From an uncultured Oscillospiraceae bacterium (GTDB taxonomy: Bacteria; Bacillota; Clostridia; UMGS1883), in NCBI GenBank assembly GCA_964604405.1, contig CAZRYW010000001.1:1-56861 (forward strand): a stretch of DNA of 56,861 bases, read 5' to 3'. The translations under genes and the position numbers were made by a program. The notes beneath the pieces are model-generated. The model made no database searches. It had not been told where the DNA came from and saw only the letters and a program-made list of their open reading frames with translations. Positions 25,249 through 34,205 of this stretch are shown here, piece by piece. Numbering within the stretch: the first letter of the stretch is position 1; every line of letters starts with the position of its first letter.

Positions 25249-26424
25249 TTATTTTTTGTGACGTTCGACAAAACGGGAGATTCGTTTGATTGCCTCTTCG
25301 ATGTTTTTGATGGAGTAGGCATAACTGCAACGAACAAAGCCTTCGCCCGATTGCCCGAAAGCATTTCCGGGAACAACGGCGACCTTTTCTTCTTGGAGAA
25401 GTTTGTTGGCGAATTCTTCGCTCGTGTAACCCAATGACGAAATATTGGGGAATACGTAAAACGCACCTTCGGGTTCAAAACACGAAAGCCCCATTTTTCG
25501 GAACCCGTCAACCATGACACGGCGGCGGTAGTTGTATTCTTTGCACATGTTGGCAACATCGTCATCACAGTTGCGAAGAGCTTCGACTGCGGCAAATTGG
25601 CTCGTTGTCGGAGCACACATGATGCCGTACTGATGAATTTTGTACATGACTTTTGCTATGGGCTCGGGAGCGAGAGCGTAACCGAGACGCCAACCGGTCA
25701 TGGCAAAGGCTTTCGAAAAACCGTTGATTGTAACCGTTCTTTCTCTCATGCCCTCAATCGAAGCAAATGAAACGTGCTTTTTGTTGTTGTATGTAAGCTC
25801 GGAATAAATCTCGTCCGACAAAACTATGATGTTCGTATCTTTGAGAACATCGGCGATTGCTTCCAAGTCTTCTCTTTCCATTATTGCACCGGTGGGGTTG
25901 TTGGGGAACGGAAGAATCAAGACTTTTGTTTTATCGGTGATTTTTTCGACAAGTTTTTCGGGAGTGAGACGAAAATTGTCTTTTTCTTCTGTTACGATGG
26001 GGACGGGAACGCCGCCTGCGAGGCGTGTACAGGGCTTGTAGCACACAAAGCTCGGCTCGGGAATCAAAACTTCGTCTCCGGGATTAATCAATGAACGAAG
26101 AGTGATGTCAATGGCTTCGCTGCCGCCCACGGTTACGATGATTTCGGATTTGGGGTCGTATGTGAGGTTGTATTTGCGCTCGGAATAACGTGCTATCTCT
26201 TCTCGAAGCTCGATCGTACCTGCGTTTGAGGTGTAGTGGGTTCTGCCTTTTTCGAGAGCCTTTATGCCCTCTTCGCGAATCGACCAGGGAGTAACGAAGT
26301 CGGGTTCGCCGACTCCGAGACTGATGGCATCTTTCATTTCACCTACTATATCGAAAAACTTTCTTATTCCCGAGGGAGGAATTTCGGAAGCGGTTTTCGA
26401 AAGTATATTTTCATAATCTATCAT
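25249..26424 (-). CDS. Class I/II PLP-dependent aminotransferase (aspartate/aromatic type)
   Basis: 391 aa with a PLP-lysine region SKAFAMTGWRLGY and NPTG. Confidence 0.88.
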   Translation of the reverse strand: MIDYENILSKTASEIPPSGIRKFFDIVGEMKDAISLGVGEPDFVTPWSIREEGIKALEKGRTHYTSNAGTIELREEIARYSERKYNLTYDPKSEIIVTVGGSEAIDITLRSLINPGDEVLIPEPSFVCYKPCTRLAGGVPVPIVTEEKDNFRLTPEKLVEKITDKTKVLILPFPNNPTGAIMEREDLEAIADVLKDTNIIVLSDEIYSELTYNNKKHVSFASIEGMRERTVTINGFSKAFAMTGWRLGYALAPEPIAKVMYKIHQYGIMCAPTTSQFAAVEALRNCDDDVANMCKEYNYRRRVMVDGFRKMGLSCFEPEGAFYVFPNISSLGYTSEEFANKLLQEEKVAVVPGNAFGQSGEGFVRCSYAYSIKNIEEAIKRISRFVERHKK

Positions 26425-26921
26425 AATGTAATAACCTCTCTGGGATCTGTTTCGGGATGTTCGAAAATAACATTTTCTTTTTTATAAGTTTTCAAGACGA
26501 AATGAGTCGTCGTAGCCGTTACGGAATCCATCTGCGAAAGCTTTTCGGAGACGAACATGGCAACGTCTCGAAGCGTTTCACCCTCTACTTCGAGCAAGAG
26601 GTCGTATGCGCCGCTCATGAGAGTGAGACTTTTTACCTGAGGGTATTTGTAAATCTTTTCGGCGACACGGTCAAAACCCTTTGCCGCCTGAGGCGTTATT
26701 TTAAGTTCGATATATGCTTTGATGGCATCCTTTTCAACGTGCTCCCAGTTGATGAGAGTGCGGTAGCCGAGGATGATTTTTTCGTCTTCGAGCTGTTTGA
26801 TTTCTTCTTTTACGCTATCCTCGGTTGTGCCGAGCATTACGGCGATTTCAGCAGGTGTAATGTGGCTGTTTTTTTCGAGAATGGAAAGTAAATCCTTGTT
26901 CATCAAATCAAATCCTTTCAA
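26421..26921 (-). CDS. Lrp/AsnC-family transcriptional regulator
   Basis: N-terminal HTH (LLSILEKNSHITPAEIAVMLGTTEDSV) plus a C-terminal AsnC ligand-binding fold. It overlaps the aminotransferase start (ATGA). Confidence 0.85.
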   Translation of the reverse strand: MKGFDLMNKDLLSILEKNSHITPAEIAVMLGTTEDSVKEEIKQLEDEKIILGYRTLINWEHVEKDAIKAYIELKITPQAAKGFDRVAEKIYKYPQVKSLTLMSGAYDLLLEVEGETLRDVAMFVSEKLSQMDSVTATTTHFVLKTYKKENVIFEHPETDPREVITL

Positions 26922-27022
26922 TAAAAGTCCAAATTACTTTCATTATATAACAGGTAAAAGCGAATTGCAATACAAAAAACAGCGTGATGATAAAAAATGT
27001 GAAATTTTTTTTGAAAAAGGTA

Positions 27023-27051
27023 TTGACAGGCGGAGAAAAGTGTGGTAATAT
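27023..27051 (+). promoter_or_regulatory. Sigma-A promoter of the infC-rpmI-rplT operon
   Basis: TTGACA (27023-27028), 17-nt spacer, TGgTAATAT (-10 at 27046-27051). Confidence 0.65.
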
Positions 27052-27057
27052 ATCTAA

Positions 27058-27195
27058 GAATAAAGCAGAAGTAGCCGCTTCTCACCTCAAGCATAAGGCG
27101 TATGGGGTTAATATGGAATTCCGGAAAAGTACCGGAGATTTATTTCGAGTGCGGTGAAAATGTCTTTTTCATCGTATTTTTTGTTTTGTTTAAAA
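27058..27195 (+). promoter_or_regulatory. Structured 5' leader with a terminator/attenuator hairpin (candidate L20 ribosomal-protein leader)
   Basis: About 150-nt untranslated leader. It has a hairpin cggtgaaaa / ttttcatcg (27152-27174) followed by tattttttgttttgttt. Firmicute infC operons are known to carry an L20-responsive attenuator here. Confidence 0.4.
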
Positions 27196-27214
27196 ATTTT
27201 CGGAGGTGTTACTT

Positions 27215-27724
27215 ATCAGTAAGGAATTGTTGATAAACGAAGAAATTCGTGAGAAAGAGGTTCGAGTAATAGGCAAGGACGGCGGTCAGCTCGGTATTAT
27301 GCCTATCAAAGAAGCATTGGAGTTGGCAGCAGGTCAGAACATGGATCTTGCACTCATTGCTCCTCAGGCAACTCCGCCCACGTGCAAAATCATGGATTAC
27401 GGCAAGTTCAAGTTTGAAGAATCCAAGCGTGAAAAGGAAAACCGTAAAAATCAGAAGGTTGTTGACACAAAAGAAGTCAGACTTTCGCCTTCCATTGATA
27501 CACACGATTTTGAAACAAAACTCAGAAACGCTATTAAGTTCCTCAAAGGCGGCGACAAGGTAAAGGTTACGGTTCGTTTCAGAGGAAGAGAGGTTCATCA
27601 CAGCGCTGTCGGTGAAGAGCTTTTGAACAAGTTCGCAGAGGGTGCTCAGGAAGCGGGTATTGTTGATAAAAAGCCCAAACTTGAAGGCAGAAACATGGCT
27701 ATGTTCATGTCCCCCAAGAAATAA
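27215..27724 (+). CDS. infC: Translation initiation factor IF-3 (probable non-AUG start)
   Basis: Contains ISKELLINEEIREKEVRVIGKDGGQLGIM and KIMDYGKFKFE. GGAGGTG (27202-27208) overlaps the ORF-track GTG at 27206, so ATC 27215, 8 nt downstream, is the better-spaced start. Confidence 0.9.
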   Translation: MSKELLINEEIREKEVRVIGKDGGQLGIMPIKEALELAAGQNMDLALIAPQATPPTCKIMDYGKFKFEESKREKENRKNQKVVDTKEVRLSPSIDTHDFETKLRNAIKFLKGGDKVKVTVRFRGREVHHSAVGEELLNKFAEGAQEAGIVDKKPKLEGRNMAMFMSPKK

Positions 27725-27781
27725 GGTTTCAACGCCTATGGCGTGAATAATAAATACAAAGATTATGAGAGGAGAGGTATT

Positions 27782-27979
27782 ATGCCTAAAATAAAGACAC
27801 ACAGAGCAGCAGCAAAGCGCTTTAGTCTTACTAAGAGCGGCAAGGTAAAGAGAGCTAAAGCTTTCAAAAGTCACATTCTCAATAAGAAGGACACAAAGAG
27901 AAAGAGAAGACTCAGAAAGGTTAGTTATGCTTCCGTACCCAACGCAAAAGTTATCAAGAAGCTTATACCTTACAAATAA
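27782..27979 (+). CDS. rpmI: 50S ribosomal protein L35
   Basis: Begins [14 protein letters not shown]. The start at ATG 27782 follows GAGAGGAGAGG. The ORF-track N-terminal extension from 27743 is unlikely. Confidence 0.93.
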   Translation: MPKIKTHRAAAKRFSLTKSGKVKRAKAFKSHILNKKDTKRKRRLRKVSYASVPNAKVIKKLIPYK

Positions 27980-27998
27980 TTGATAGGAGGATTTACCA

Positions 27999-28352
27999 AT
28001 GGCTAGAGTAAAAGGTGCACTTAACACCAGAAAACATCATAAAAAGATTTTGAAGCTTGCTAAGGGTTACCGCGGCGGTAAGAGTAAGCTTTACAGAACA
28101 GCTAATCAGGCTGTTATGAAGTCTCTTTCCTATGCATATGTAGGAAGAAAGCTCAAGAAGAGAGATTTCAGAAGACTTTGGATCACAAGAATCAGCGCAG
28201 CTTGCAAAATGAACGGCATGAACTATTCCAGATTCATGAACGGTCTCAAGAAGGCTAACGTTGATATCAACAGAAAGATGCTTTCCGAAATCGCTATTAA
28301 CGATGCAGCAGCTTTCACAAAGCTTGTAGAGACAGCTAAGGCTGCCCTTTAA
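27999..28352 (+). CDS. rplT: 50S ribosomal protein L20
   Basis: Contains [26 protein letters not shown] and RRLWITRI. Confidence 0.96.
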   Translation: MARVKGALNTRKHHKKILKLAKGYRGGKSKLYRTANQAVMKSLSYAYVGRKLKKRDFRRLWITRISAACKMNGMNYSRFMNGLKKANVDINRKMLSEIAINDAAAFTKLVETAKAAL

Positions 28353-28359
28353 TCAATAA

Positions 28360-28396
28360 AAAACGAGAGGTTGTTTATTCGGCCTCTCGATTTTTG
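28360..28396 (+). terminator. Rho-independent terminator after rplT
   Basis: Stem cgagagg / cctctcg followed by atttttg. Confidence 0.7.
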
Positions 28397-28456
28397 CATT
28401 AAAAGACTAAAGAAAAACATATACCGTTTTTTAAGTGAAAATACAGGAGAAAAAAT

Positions 28457-29236
28457 ATGGAACAGTTGATTACCGCAAGAGACAACAAATATGTTAAACT
28501 TACGAAAAATCTTCATACAAAACAGGGCAGAGACAAAGAAGGTATGTTCATTATCGAAGGATACCGCAATGTAAGAGACGCATTCAAAAAGGGTGCGAAA
28601 ATAGAATTTATTCTTGTGAGTGACAAGTGCGAGTACGACCTTTCGCATTTTAAAGGTACAAAGCTTTTGACTCTCGCACCTCGTATTTTCGACTATGTTT
28701 CGGATACGGTAACGCCGCAGGGAATTATGGCTGTTTGCCGCATTGAAGAGGTGGAGTTTGCGGACATATCCGTTGATGATAAAAGCATGATAGTTGTCTG
28801 CGAAAATTTGCAGGACCCCGGAAATGCGGGAACTATTATCAGAACGGCGGATGCGGCAGGCGCAAAAGCCGTTATTATGGCGAAAGGCTGTGTGGATATT
28901 TATAATCCCAAAGTTGTGAGAAGCGTTATGAGCAGCCTGTTTTCGGTGAAGGTTGTGCGTAACAAAAACATGGATTCGATTTTCGGATATTTGAAAAACA
29001 ACGGATTTAAATCGGTTGCCGGTGCATTGAACGAAAAGTCTTCGGATTTGTTTGATGCGGACATGAAAGGAAAATGTGCAATCTTTATCGGCAATGAGGG
29101 AAACGGCCTTTCTCTCGAAACCGTTAAAAGATGCAATCAATCGGTTGTCATACCGATGATCGGCGGTGCCGAAAGCCTCAATGCTTCCGTTGCCGCGGCG
29201 ATAATGATGTATGAGCACGTGAGGGTTAATAAATAA
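28457..29236 (+). CDS. TrmH/SpoU-family RNA 2'-O-methyltransferase
   Basis: Contains SpoU motifs (NLQDPGNAGTIIRTA, IFIGNEGNGLS, IPMIGGAESLNASVAAAI). Confidence 0.88.
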   Translation: MEQLITARDNKYVKLTKNLHTKQGRDKEGMFIIEGYRNVRDAFKKGAKIEFILVSDKCEYDLSHFKGTKLLTLAPRIFDYVSDTVTPQGIMAVCRIEEVEFADISVDDKSMIVVCENLQDPGNAGTIIRTADAAGAKAVIMAKGCVDIYNPKVVRSVMSSLFSVKVVRNKNMDSIFGYLKNNGFKSVAGALNEKSSDLFDADMKGKCAIFIGNEGNGLSLETVKRCNQSVVIPMIGGAESLNASVAAAIMMYEHVRVNK

Positions 29237-29252
29237 AAAAGGGCTGAGGAAA

Positions 29253-30347
29253 ATGAAAGATAAGATTGCGTGGGCGGTTTTGACAAAAACGAACAGGTCA
29301 TGTAAAAAGATAAAAGAACTTGCCGATAATTTTGAAAAGAAAAAGAAAACCGTGGACTTTTCGGGTGATGAAGCTCTCAAAGTAATGTACGATATGGAGA
29401 AAGCGGCGCAACGAGGCGTGAAAATCGTTACGTATCTTGACGAAGAATATCCGGATGAATTGAAAAACATAGCATATCCGCCTCCGTATTTGTATGTGAG
29501 AGGGAGAGTCGGACTTTTAAAACATCCGCTCAAACTGACTATGGTTGGCAGCAGAAAGGCGAGCGTTTACGGAATTAACGTTGCCGCAACCGTAGCTCAT
29601 GAAGTTGCGGCAAATAAAATTTGTGTTGTATCGGGCGGTGCGGAAGGTATTGATACGGCATCTCTCAGAGGTGCGATGAGAGTATCGGACGATGTGATTG
29701 CCGTAATCGGAACGGGGATTGACGTTGACTATCCGTCGGAAAATAAAAAGCTTTTCGATGAAATTGCGTCAAGAGGTGCGGTTGTGTCGGAATTTCCGCC
29801 CGGAATGGGACCTCTTGCTCAAAATTTTCCTGTGAGAAACCGCATAATGTCGGCACTCGGAGACGCTGTGGTAATTGTTGAGGCGGCAAAAAGAAGCGGA
29901 GCTCTGATATCCGCAAAATATGCGGCAGAACAGGGGAAAACCGTATTTGCCGTGCCGGGAAACATAGACAGTCCGAACAGCGTGGGCACAAACGAGCTTT
30001 TGAGAGACGGCGCAATGTTTTGTACGTCGTCGGCAGATATATTGGAAGAATTTATGGAAGCTTTCCCGTATAAATATCGTATGGCGCAGGGATATGTGGA
30101 AGAGGAAGAAGATGAAGACAAAGTTGAAATTGATGAAAAGCACGAAGAGACAAACGAAAAACGAGAAATTTTGACTCCCTCCGAAGCGGCGGTCGTAAAT
30201 GCCATAAAATCGGGAAAAGATACGTATGAGGAAATACTGGATTTTTGTGCTTTGGAAACAAATCATCTAACTTCGCTCTTGACAATTATGGAAATCAAGG
30301 GCATAATAAAGCTTGCTTTCGGTAATCATTACAAACTGAATAATTAG
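29253..30347 (+). CDS. dprA: DNA-processing protein DprA (Smf)
   Basis: Rossmann-like DprA core (GSRKAS.YG, VSGGAEGID, NFPVRNRIMSAL, VVEAAKRSGALISA), located upstream of topA as in most Firmicutes. Confidence 0.9.
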   Translation: MKDKIAWAVLTKTNRSCKKIKELADNFEKKKKTVDFSGDEALKVMYDMEKAAQRGVKIVTYLDEEYPDELKNIAYPPPYLYVRGRVGLLKHPLKLTMVGSRKASVYGINVAATVAHEVAANKICVVSGGAEGIDTASLRGAMRVSDDVIAVIGTGIDVDYPSENKKLFDEIASRGAVVSEFPPGMGPLAQNFPVRNRIMSALGDAVVIVEAAKRSGALISAKYAAEQGKTVFAVPGNIDSPNSVGTNELLRDGAMFCTSSADILEEFMEAFPYKYRMAQGYVEEEEDEDKVEIDEKHEETNEKREILTPSEAAVVNAIKSGKDTYEEILDFCALETNHLTSLLTIMEIKGIIKLAFGNHYKLNN

Positions 30348-30373
30348 ATACCTAACAGAAAGGAAATGGGAAG

Positions 30374-32470
30374 ATGGCAAAATCTCTTGTCATAGTTGAG
30401 TCGCCGGCAAAGGCGAAAAGCATAAATAAATATCTCGGCAAAAATTATACGGTAATGGCATCAGTAGGCCACGTAAGAGACTTGCCCAAGAGTACGCTTG
30501 GGGTCGATATCGAAAACGATTTCGAGCCTAAGTACATTACAATTCGAGGCAAAGGCGATTTGATTGCAAAAATGAAAAAAGCGGCAAAAAGTGCCGATAA
30601 GATATATCTCGCAGCCGACCCCGACCGTGAGGGGGAGGCAATCAGCTGGCATTTGGCGAATATTTTGGAACTGGATGAAAAGTCGCCGTGCCGCATAACG
30701 TTTAACGAAGTTACGAAAAGCGCCGTAGTGGCATCCATAAAAAATCCGAGATGCATCGACATTGATTTGGTAAACAGTCAGCAGGCAAGAAGAATTCTCG
30801 ACAGAATAGTGGGTTATAAAATCAGTCCGCTCCTTTGGAAAAAAGTAAAAAGAGGATTATCGGCCGGAAGAGTGCAGAGTGCCGTAACGAAAATGATAGT
30901 TGACCGTGAAACCGAAATAGATAATTTTGTACCCAAGGAATATTGGACAATTACGGCGCATCTTGCGGATGAAAAGGGCAAGCATCCTTTTGAGGCACGT
31001 TATTACGGAATAGACGGTAAAAAGAAAGAAATCGCAACAAAAGAAGAAGCCGACAATATTCTCGCATTGGCGACAAATTCGGAATATGTCGTTACGAAAG
31101 CGGTTTATTCCGAAAAGAAAAAACATCCGTTGCCTCCGTTCACGACAAGTACGCTTTTGCAGGATGCGAGCAGAAAAATAGGATTTACGTCGCAGAGAAC
31201 GATGGGTGCGGCGCAGACTTTGTATGAAGGCGTAACGGTTCCCGGAAAGGGAACGATGGGTCTTATCACGTATATGAGAACAGACTCGATGCGTATCTCA
31301 AACGAAGCTCTCGACGCCGTGAGAGATTTTATCGGCGAAAAGTACGGAGACGAGTATTTGCCGACAAAACCCAATTATTACAAAACGGGAAAAGACGCTC
31401 AGGATGCGCACGAAGCGATACGTCCCACGGATTGTACAATCACTCCGGAATCTGTTCAAAAAAGCGTTACTCCCGACCAGTACAAGCTTTACAAGCTGAT
31501 TTGGGAAAGATTTGTCGCATGTCAGATGACACCTGCGATTTATGACACGGTGCAGGCCGATATTACGGCGGCGAATGTGACGTTTAAAGCATCGGGAAAT
31601 GCAATAAAGTTTTACGGTTACCGTGCGGTATATATTGAGGGAAGCGACGAAGCGACGCAAAAAGACTCGAAAAAACTTTTGAAGCTCGAAGAGGGCGAAA
31701 AGCTGTCTTTGAACAGTCTTGAGCCCGATCAGCATTTTACGGAGCCTCCTGCAAGATTTACGGAAGCAAGTCTTATCGAAGCTATGAAGGATGCGGGAAT
31801 AGGTCGTCCGAGTACGTATACTCCCACAATTACCACGATTATAGCACGAGGATATGTAGCAAGAGAAAAGAAAATGCTCAAACCCACGGAGCTGGGAAAA
31901 ATAGTTAACGATATTATGCAGGCAAATTTTGAAGATATTGTTGATGCGGAGTTCACGGCGGATATGGAAGGTCAGCTTGACAGCGTTGAACAGGGAGAGC
32001 GTGACTGGGTCGAGCTTTTGAAAGAGTTTTACACTCCGTTCGCAAAGACTCTCGAAGAAGCCGAAAAGAATATAGACAAAGTGCAGATTGCCGATGAAGT
32101 AAGCGATGAAATATGCGAAAAGTGCGGCAGAAATATGGTTGTCAAGGTAAGTAAGTTCGGAAAATTTTTGGCATGTCCGGGATTTCCCGATTGCAGAAAC
32201 ACAAAACCCGTTATAAAGGATACGGGGGTAAAGTGTCCCAAGTGCGATTCGAGAATTGTTGAGAGAAAGAGCAAAAAGGGCAAAAAATATTTTACGTGCG
32301 AAAAAGCACCCGAGTGCGATTTTTTGCTTTGGGATCAGCCGATCGATATGAAATGCCCCACATGCGGAAGCTTGATGATAAAAAAATATCTTAAACGCGG
32401 AACACTTACCATGTGTTCGAACGATGATTGTCCGTCTCTTGCAAAAAAGACGGAATCTGCGGAAAAATGA
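30374..32470 (+). CDS. topA: DNA topoisomerase I
   Basis: Toprim N-terminus (LVIVESPAKAKSI), DPDREGEAISWH, the active-site region YMRTDS, and C-terminal Cys4 zinc ribbons. Confidence 0.96.
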   Translation: MAKSLVIVESPAKAKSINKYLGKNYTVMASVGHVRDLPKSTLGVDIENDFEPKYITIRGKGDLIAKMKKAAKSADKIYLAADPDREGEAISWHLANILELDEKSPCRITFNEVTKSAVVASIKNPRCIDIDLVNSQQARRILDRIVGYKISPLLWKKVKRGLSAGRVQSAVTKMIVDRETEIDNFVPKEYWTITAHLADEKGKHPFEARYYGIDGKKKEIATKEEADNILALATNSEYVVTKAVYSEKKKHPLPPFTTSTLLQDASRKIGFTSQRTMGAAQTLYEGVTVPGKGTMGLITYMRTDSMRISNEALDAVRDFIGEKYGDEYLPTKPNYYKTGKDAQDAHEAIRPTDCTITPESVQKSVTPDQYKLYKLIWERFVACQMTPAIYDTVQADITAANVTFKASGNAIKFYGYRAVYIEGSDEATQKDSKKLLKLEEGEKLSLNSLEPDQHFTEPPARFTEASLIEAMKDAGIGRPSTYTPTITTIIARGYVAREKKMLKPTELGKIVNDIMQANFEDIVDAEFTADMEGQLDSVEQGERDWVELLKEFYTPFAKTLEEAEKNIDKVQIADEVSDEICEKCGRNMVVKVSKFGKFLACPGFPDCRNTKPVIKDTGVKCPKCDSRIVERKSKKGKKYFTCEKAPECDFLLWDQPIDMKCPTCGSLMIKKYLKRGTLTMCSNDDCPSLAKKTESAEK

Positions 32471-32486
32471 TGTACGAGGTGAAAAA

Positions 32487-33800
32487 ATGGAAACGGTGAA
32501 AATCATAGGCGGAGGACTTGCGGGCTGCGAGGCGGCATGGCAAGCGGCAAACAGAGGAATAAAGGTGAAGTTGTATGAAATGAAGCCTGTGGAGTTTTCG
32601 CCGGCGCATACATCGAATTTTTTGTGTGAGCTGGTTTGTTCGAATTCTTTGAAAGGTGCGGGACTCGACAATGCCTGCGGCCTTTTGAAAGAAGAAATGC
32701 GGAGAATGGATTCGCTTTTGATGGAATGTGCGGAGCTGACAAAAGTTCCCGCAGGCGGCGCATTGGCGGTTGACAGAGAAAAGTTCGCAAAAGCGGTGAC
32801 GGATAAAATATATGCTCATGAAAACATCGAAGTTATAAACGAAACCGTAAAAGAAATAAATACGGACGAATATACGATAATTGCCACGGGACCTTTGACT
32901 CACGATGCACTCTGCGATTCTATAGCAAAGCTCACGGGCGAAGAATATCTGTCGTTTTACGATGCGGCGGCACCCGTAATAGAAACCGACAGCATAGATT
33001 TTGACAAGGTGTACAAGAGCGCACGTTACGGAAAAGGTACTGCGGATTATATCAACTGCCCGATGGACAAAGATGAATACGCGGCATTTTACAATGAATT
33101 GATAAATGCGGAAAAAGCCGATATTCACTCAAACGTGGACAAACCCAACGTTTTCGAGGGATGTATGCCGGTTGAAATAATGGCATCGAGAGGCGTGGAC
33201 ACGCTTCGCTTCGGACCGTTGAAGCCGAAAGGTCTTCCCGACCCCAAAACGGGAAAAGAGCCGTATGCGGTTGTGCAGCTCAGACAGGATAACACAGAGG
33301 GTACAATGTTTAACATGGTGGGATTTCAGACGAATTTGAAATTCGGAGAACAAAAGAGAGTTTTTTCGATGATTCCCGGACTTGAAAATGCGAATTTTCT
33401 TCGTTACGGCGTTATGCACAGAAATACTTATATCAATTCGCCCGAGGTCTTGAAAAATACTTTCGGAATGATAAAATATCCCAAAATTTATTTTGCGGGA
33501 CAGATTACGGGCGTGGAAGGATACGTTGAGTCTGCCGCAAGCGGTCTTATGGCGGGAGTCAATATTGCGAGAAAAATTCTCGGGCAGGAAGAACTCGTTT
33601 TGCCGACGTCAACGGTAACGGGCGCACTTGCCGATTATATTACGGTGGGAGCGGTCAAGGGGCGTTTTCAGCCGATGAATGCGAATTTCGGAATTATCGA
33701 GCACCACGTGGGCAGGATAAAAAACAAAAAAGAAAGATATCTCGCAATTGCCGAGGAGGCATTGGAAAGTCTCGATAACGCATTGAATAAAATGAAATAA
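32487..33800 (+). CDS. trmFO: Methylenetetrahydrofolate--tRNA-(uracil54-C5)-methyltransferase
   Basis: Begins METVKIIGGGLAGCEAAW and contains SNSLK and GQITGVEGYVESAASG. I use ATG 32487; the ORF track extends to 32424 inside topA. Confidence 0.93.
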   Translation: METVKIIGGGLAGCEAAWQAANRGIKVKLYEMKPVEFSPAHTSNFLCELVCSNSLKGAGLDNACGLLKEEMRRMDSLLMECAELTKVPAGGALAVDREKFAKAVTDKIYAHENIEVINETVKEINTDEYTIIATGPLTHDALCDSIAKLTGEEYLSFYDAAAPVIETDSIDFDKVYKSARYGKGTADYINCPMDKDEYAAFYNELINAEKADIHSNVDKPNVFEGCMPVEIMASRGVDTLRFGPLKPKGLPDPKTGKEPYAVVQLRQDNTEGTMFNMVGFQTNLKFGEQKRVFSMIPGLENANFLRYGVMHRNTYINSPEVLKNTFGMIKYPKIYFAGQITGVEGYVESAASGLMAGVNIARKILGQEELVLPTSTVTGALADYITVGAVKGRFQPMNANFGIIEHHVGRIKNKKERYLAIAEEALESLDNALNKMK

Positions 33801-34109
33801 TCACTCTTCGGAAATGACCAAAATAATGTCTTCTCCGATTTTGCGGATGTTTTTCCAAGGTATGGCGATATCTTCTTCGGGAGGCAAAAAACCGAAAAAA
33901 CGCCTTTTACCCGGGACTATTACGGAGTTGACGATACCTTTGTCAAGGTCGATGTCAACGTCCGCTATAAATCCGAGACGTTCGCCGGTGGTGATGTTGA
34001 TAACTTCTTTGTGACGAAAATCCGAGGCATGGTTTGATATGTGAGACAAAATATCACTCTTTTCATAGGAATTTTCATAGAGATTTGGATAAAATGGGAT
34101 GATCTGCAT
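33801..34109 (-). CDS. YlmC/YmxH-family (PRC-barrel) sporulation protein; start uncertain
   Basis: Contains KEVINITTGERLGFIADVDIDLDKGIVNSVIVPG and IPWKNIRKIGEDIILV. The family is usually about 80-90 aa, so the true start may be internal. Confidence 0.75.
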   Translation of the reverse strand: MQIIPFYPNLYENSYEKSDILSHISNHASDFRHKEVINITTGERLGFIADVDIDLDKGIVNSVIVPGKRRFFGFLPPEEDIAIPWKNIRKIGEDIILVISEE

Positions 34110-34205
34110 GGGCGGGTCATCTTATTTTTTTGAAAAAATACTGTACAAACAGGGTGAATTGTTATATAATCTATTATGTATATGTATGAACTTTAAGGAG
34201 TTACC

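Noticed and set aside
33795-33806. The stop codons of convergent trmFO and the ylmC/ymxH-like gene abut with zero spacer and no terminator
   Set aside because: The observation is real, but the likely explanation is mundane: transcripts terminate inside the opposite gene. I see nothing here that indicates a distinct element.
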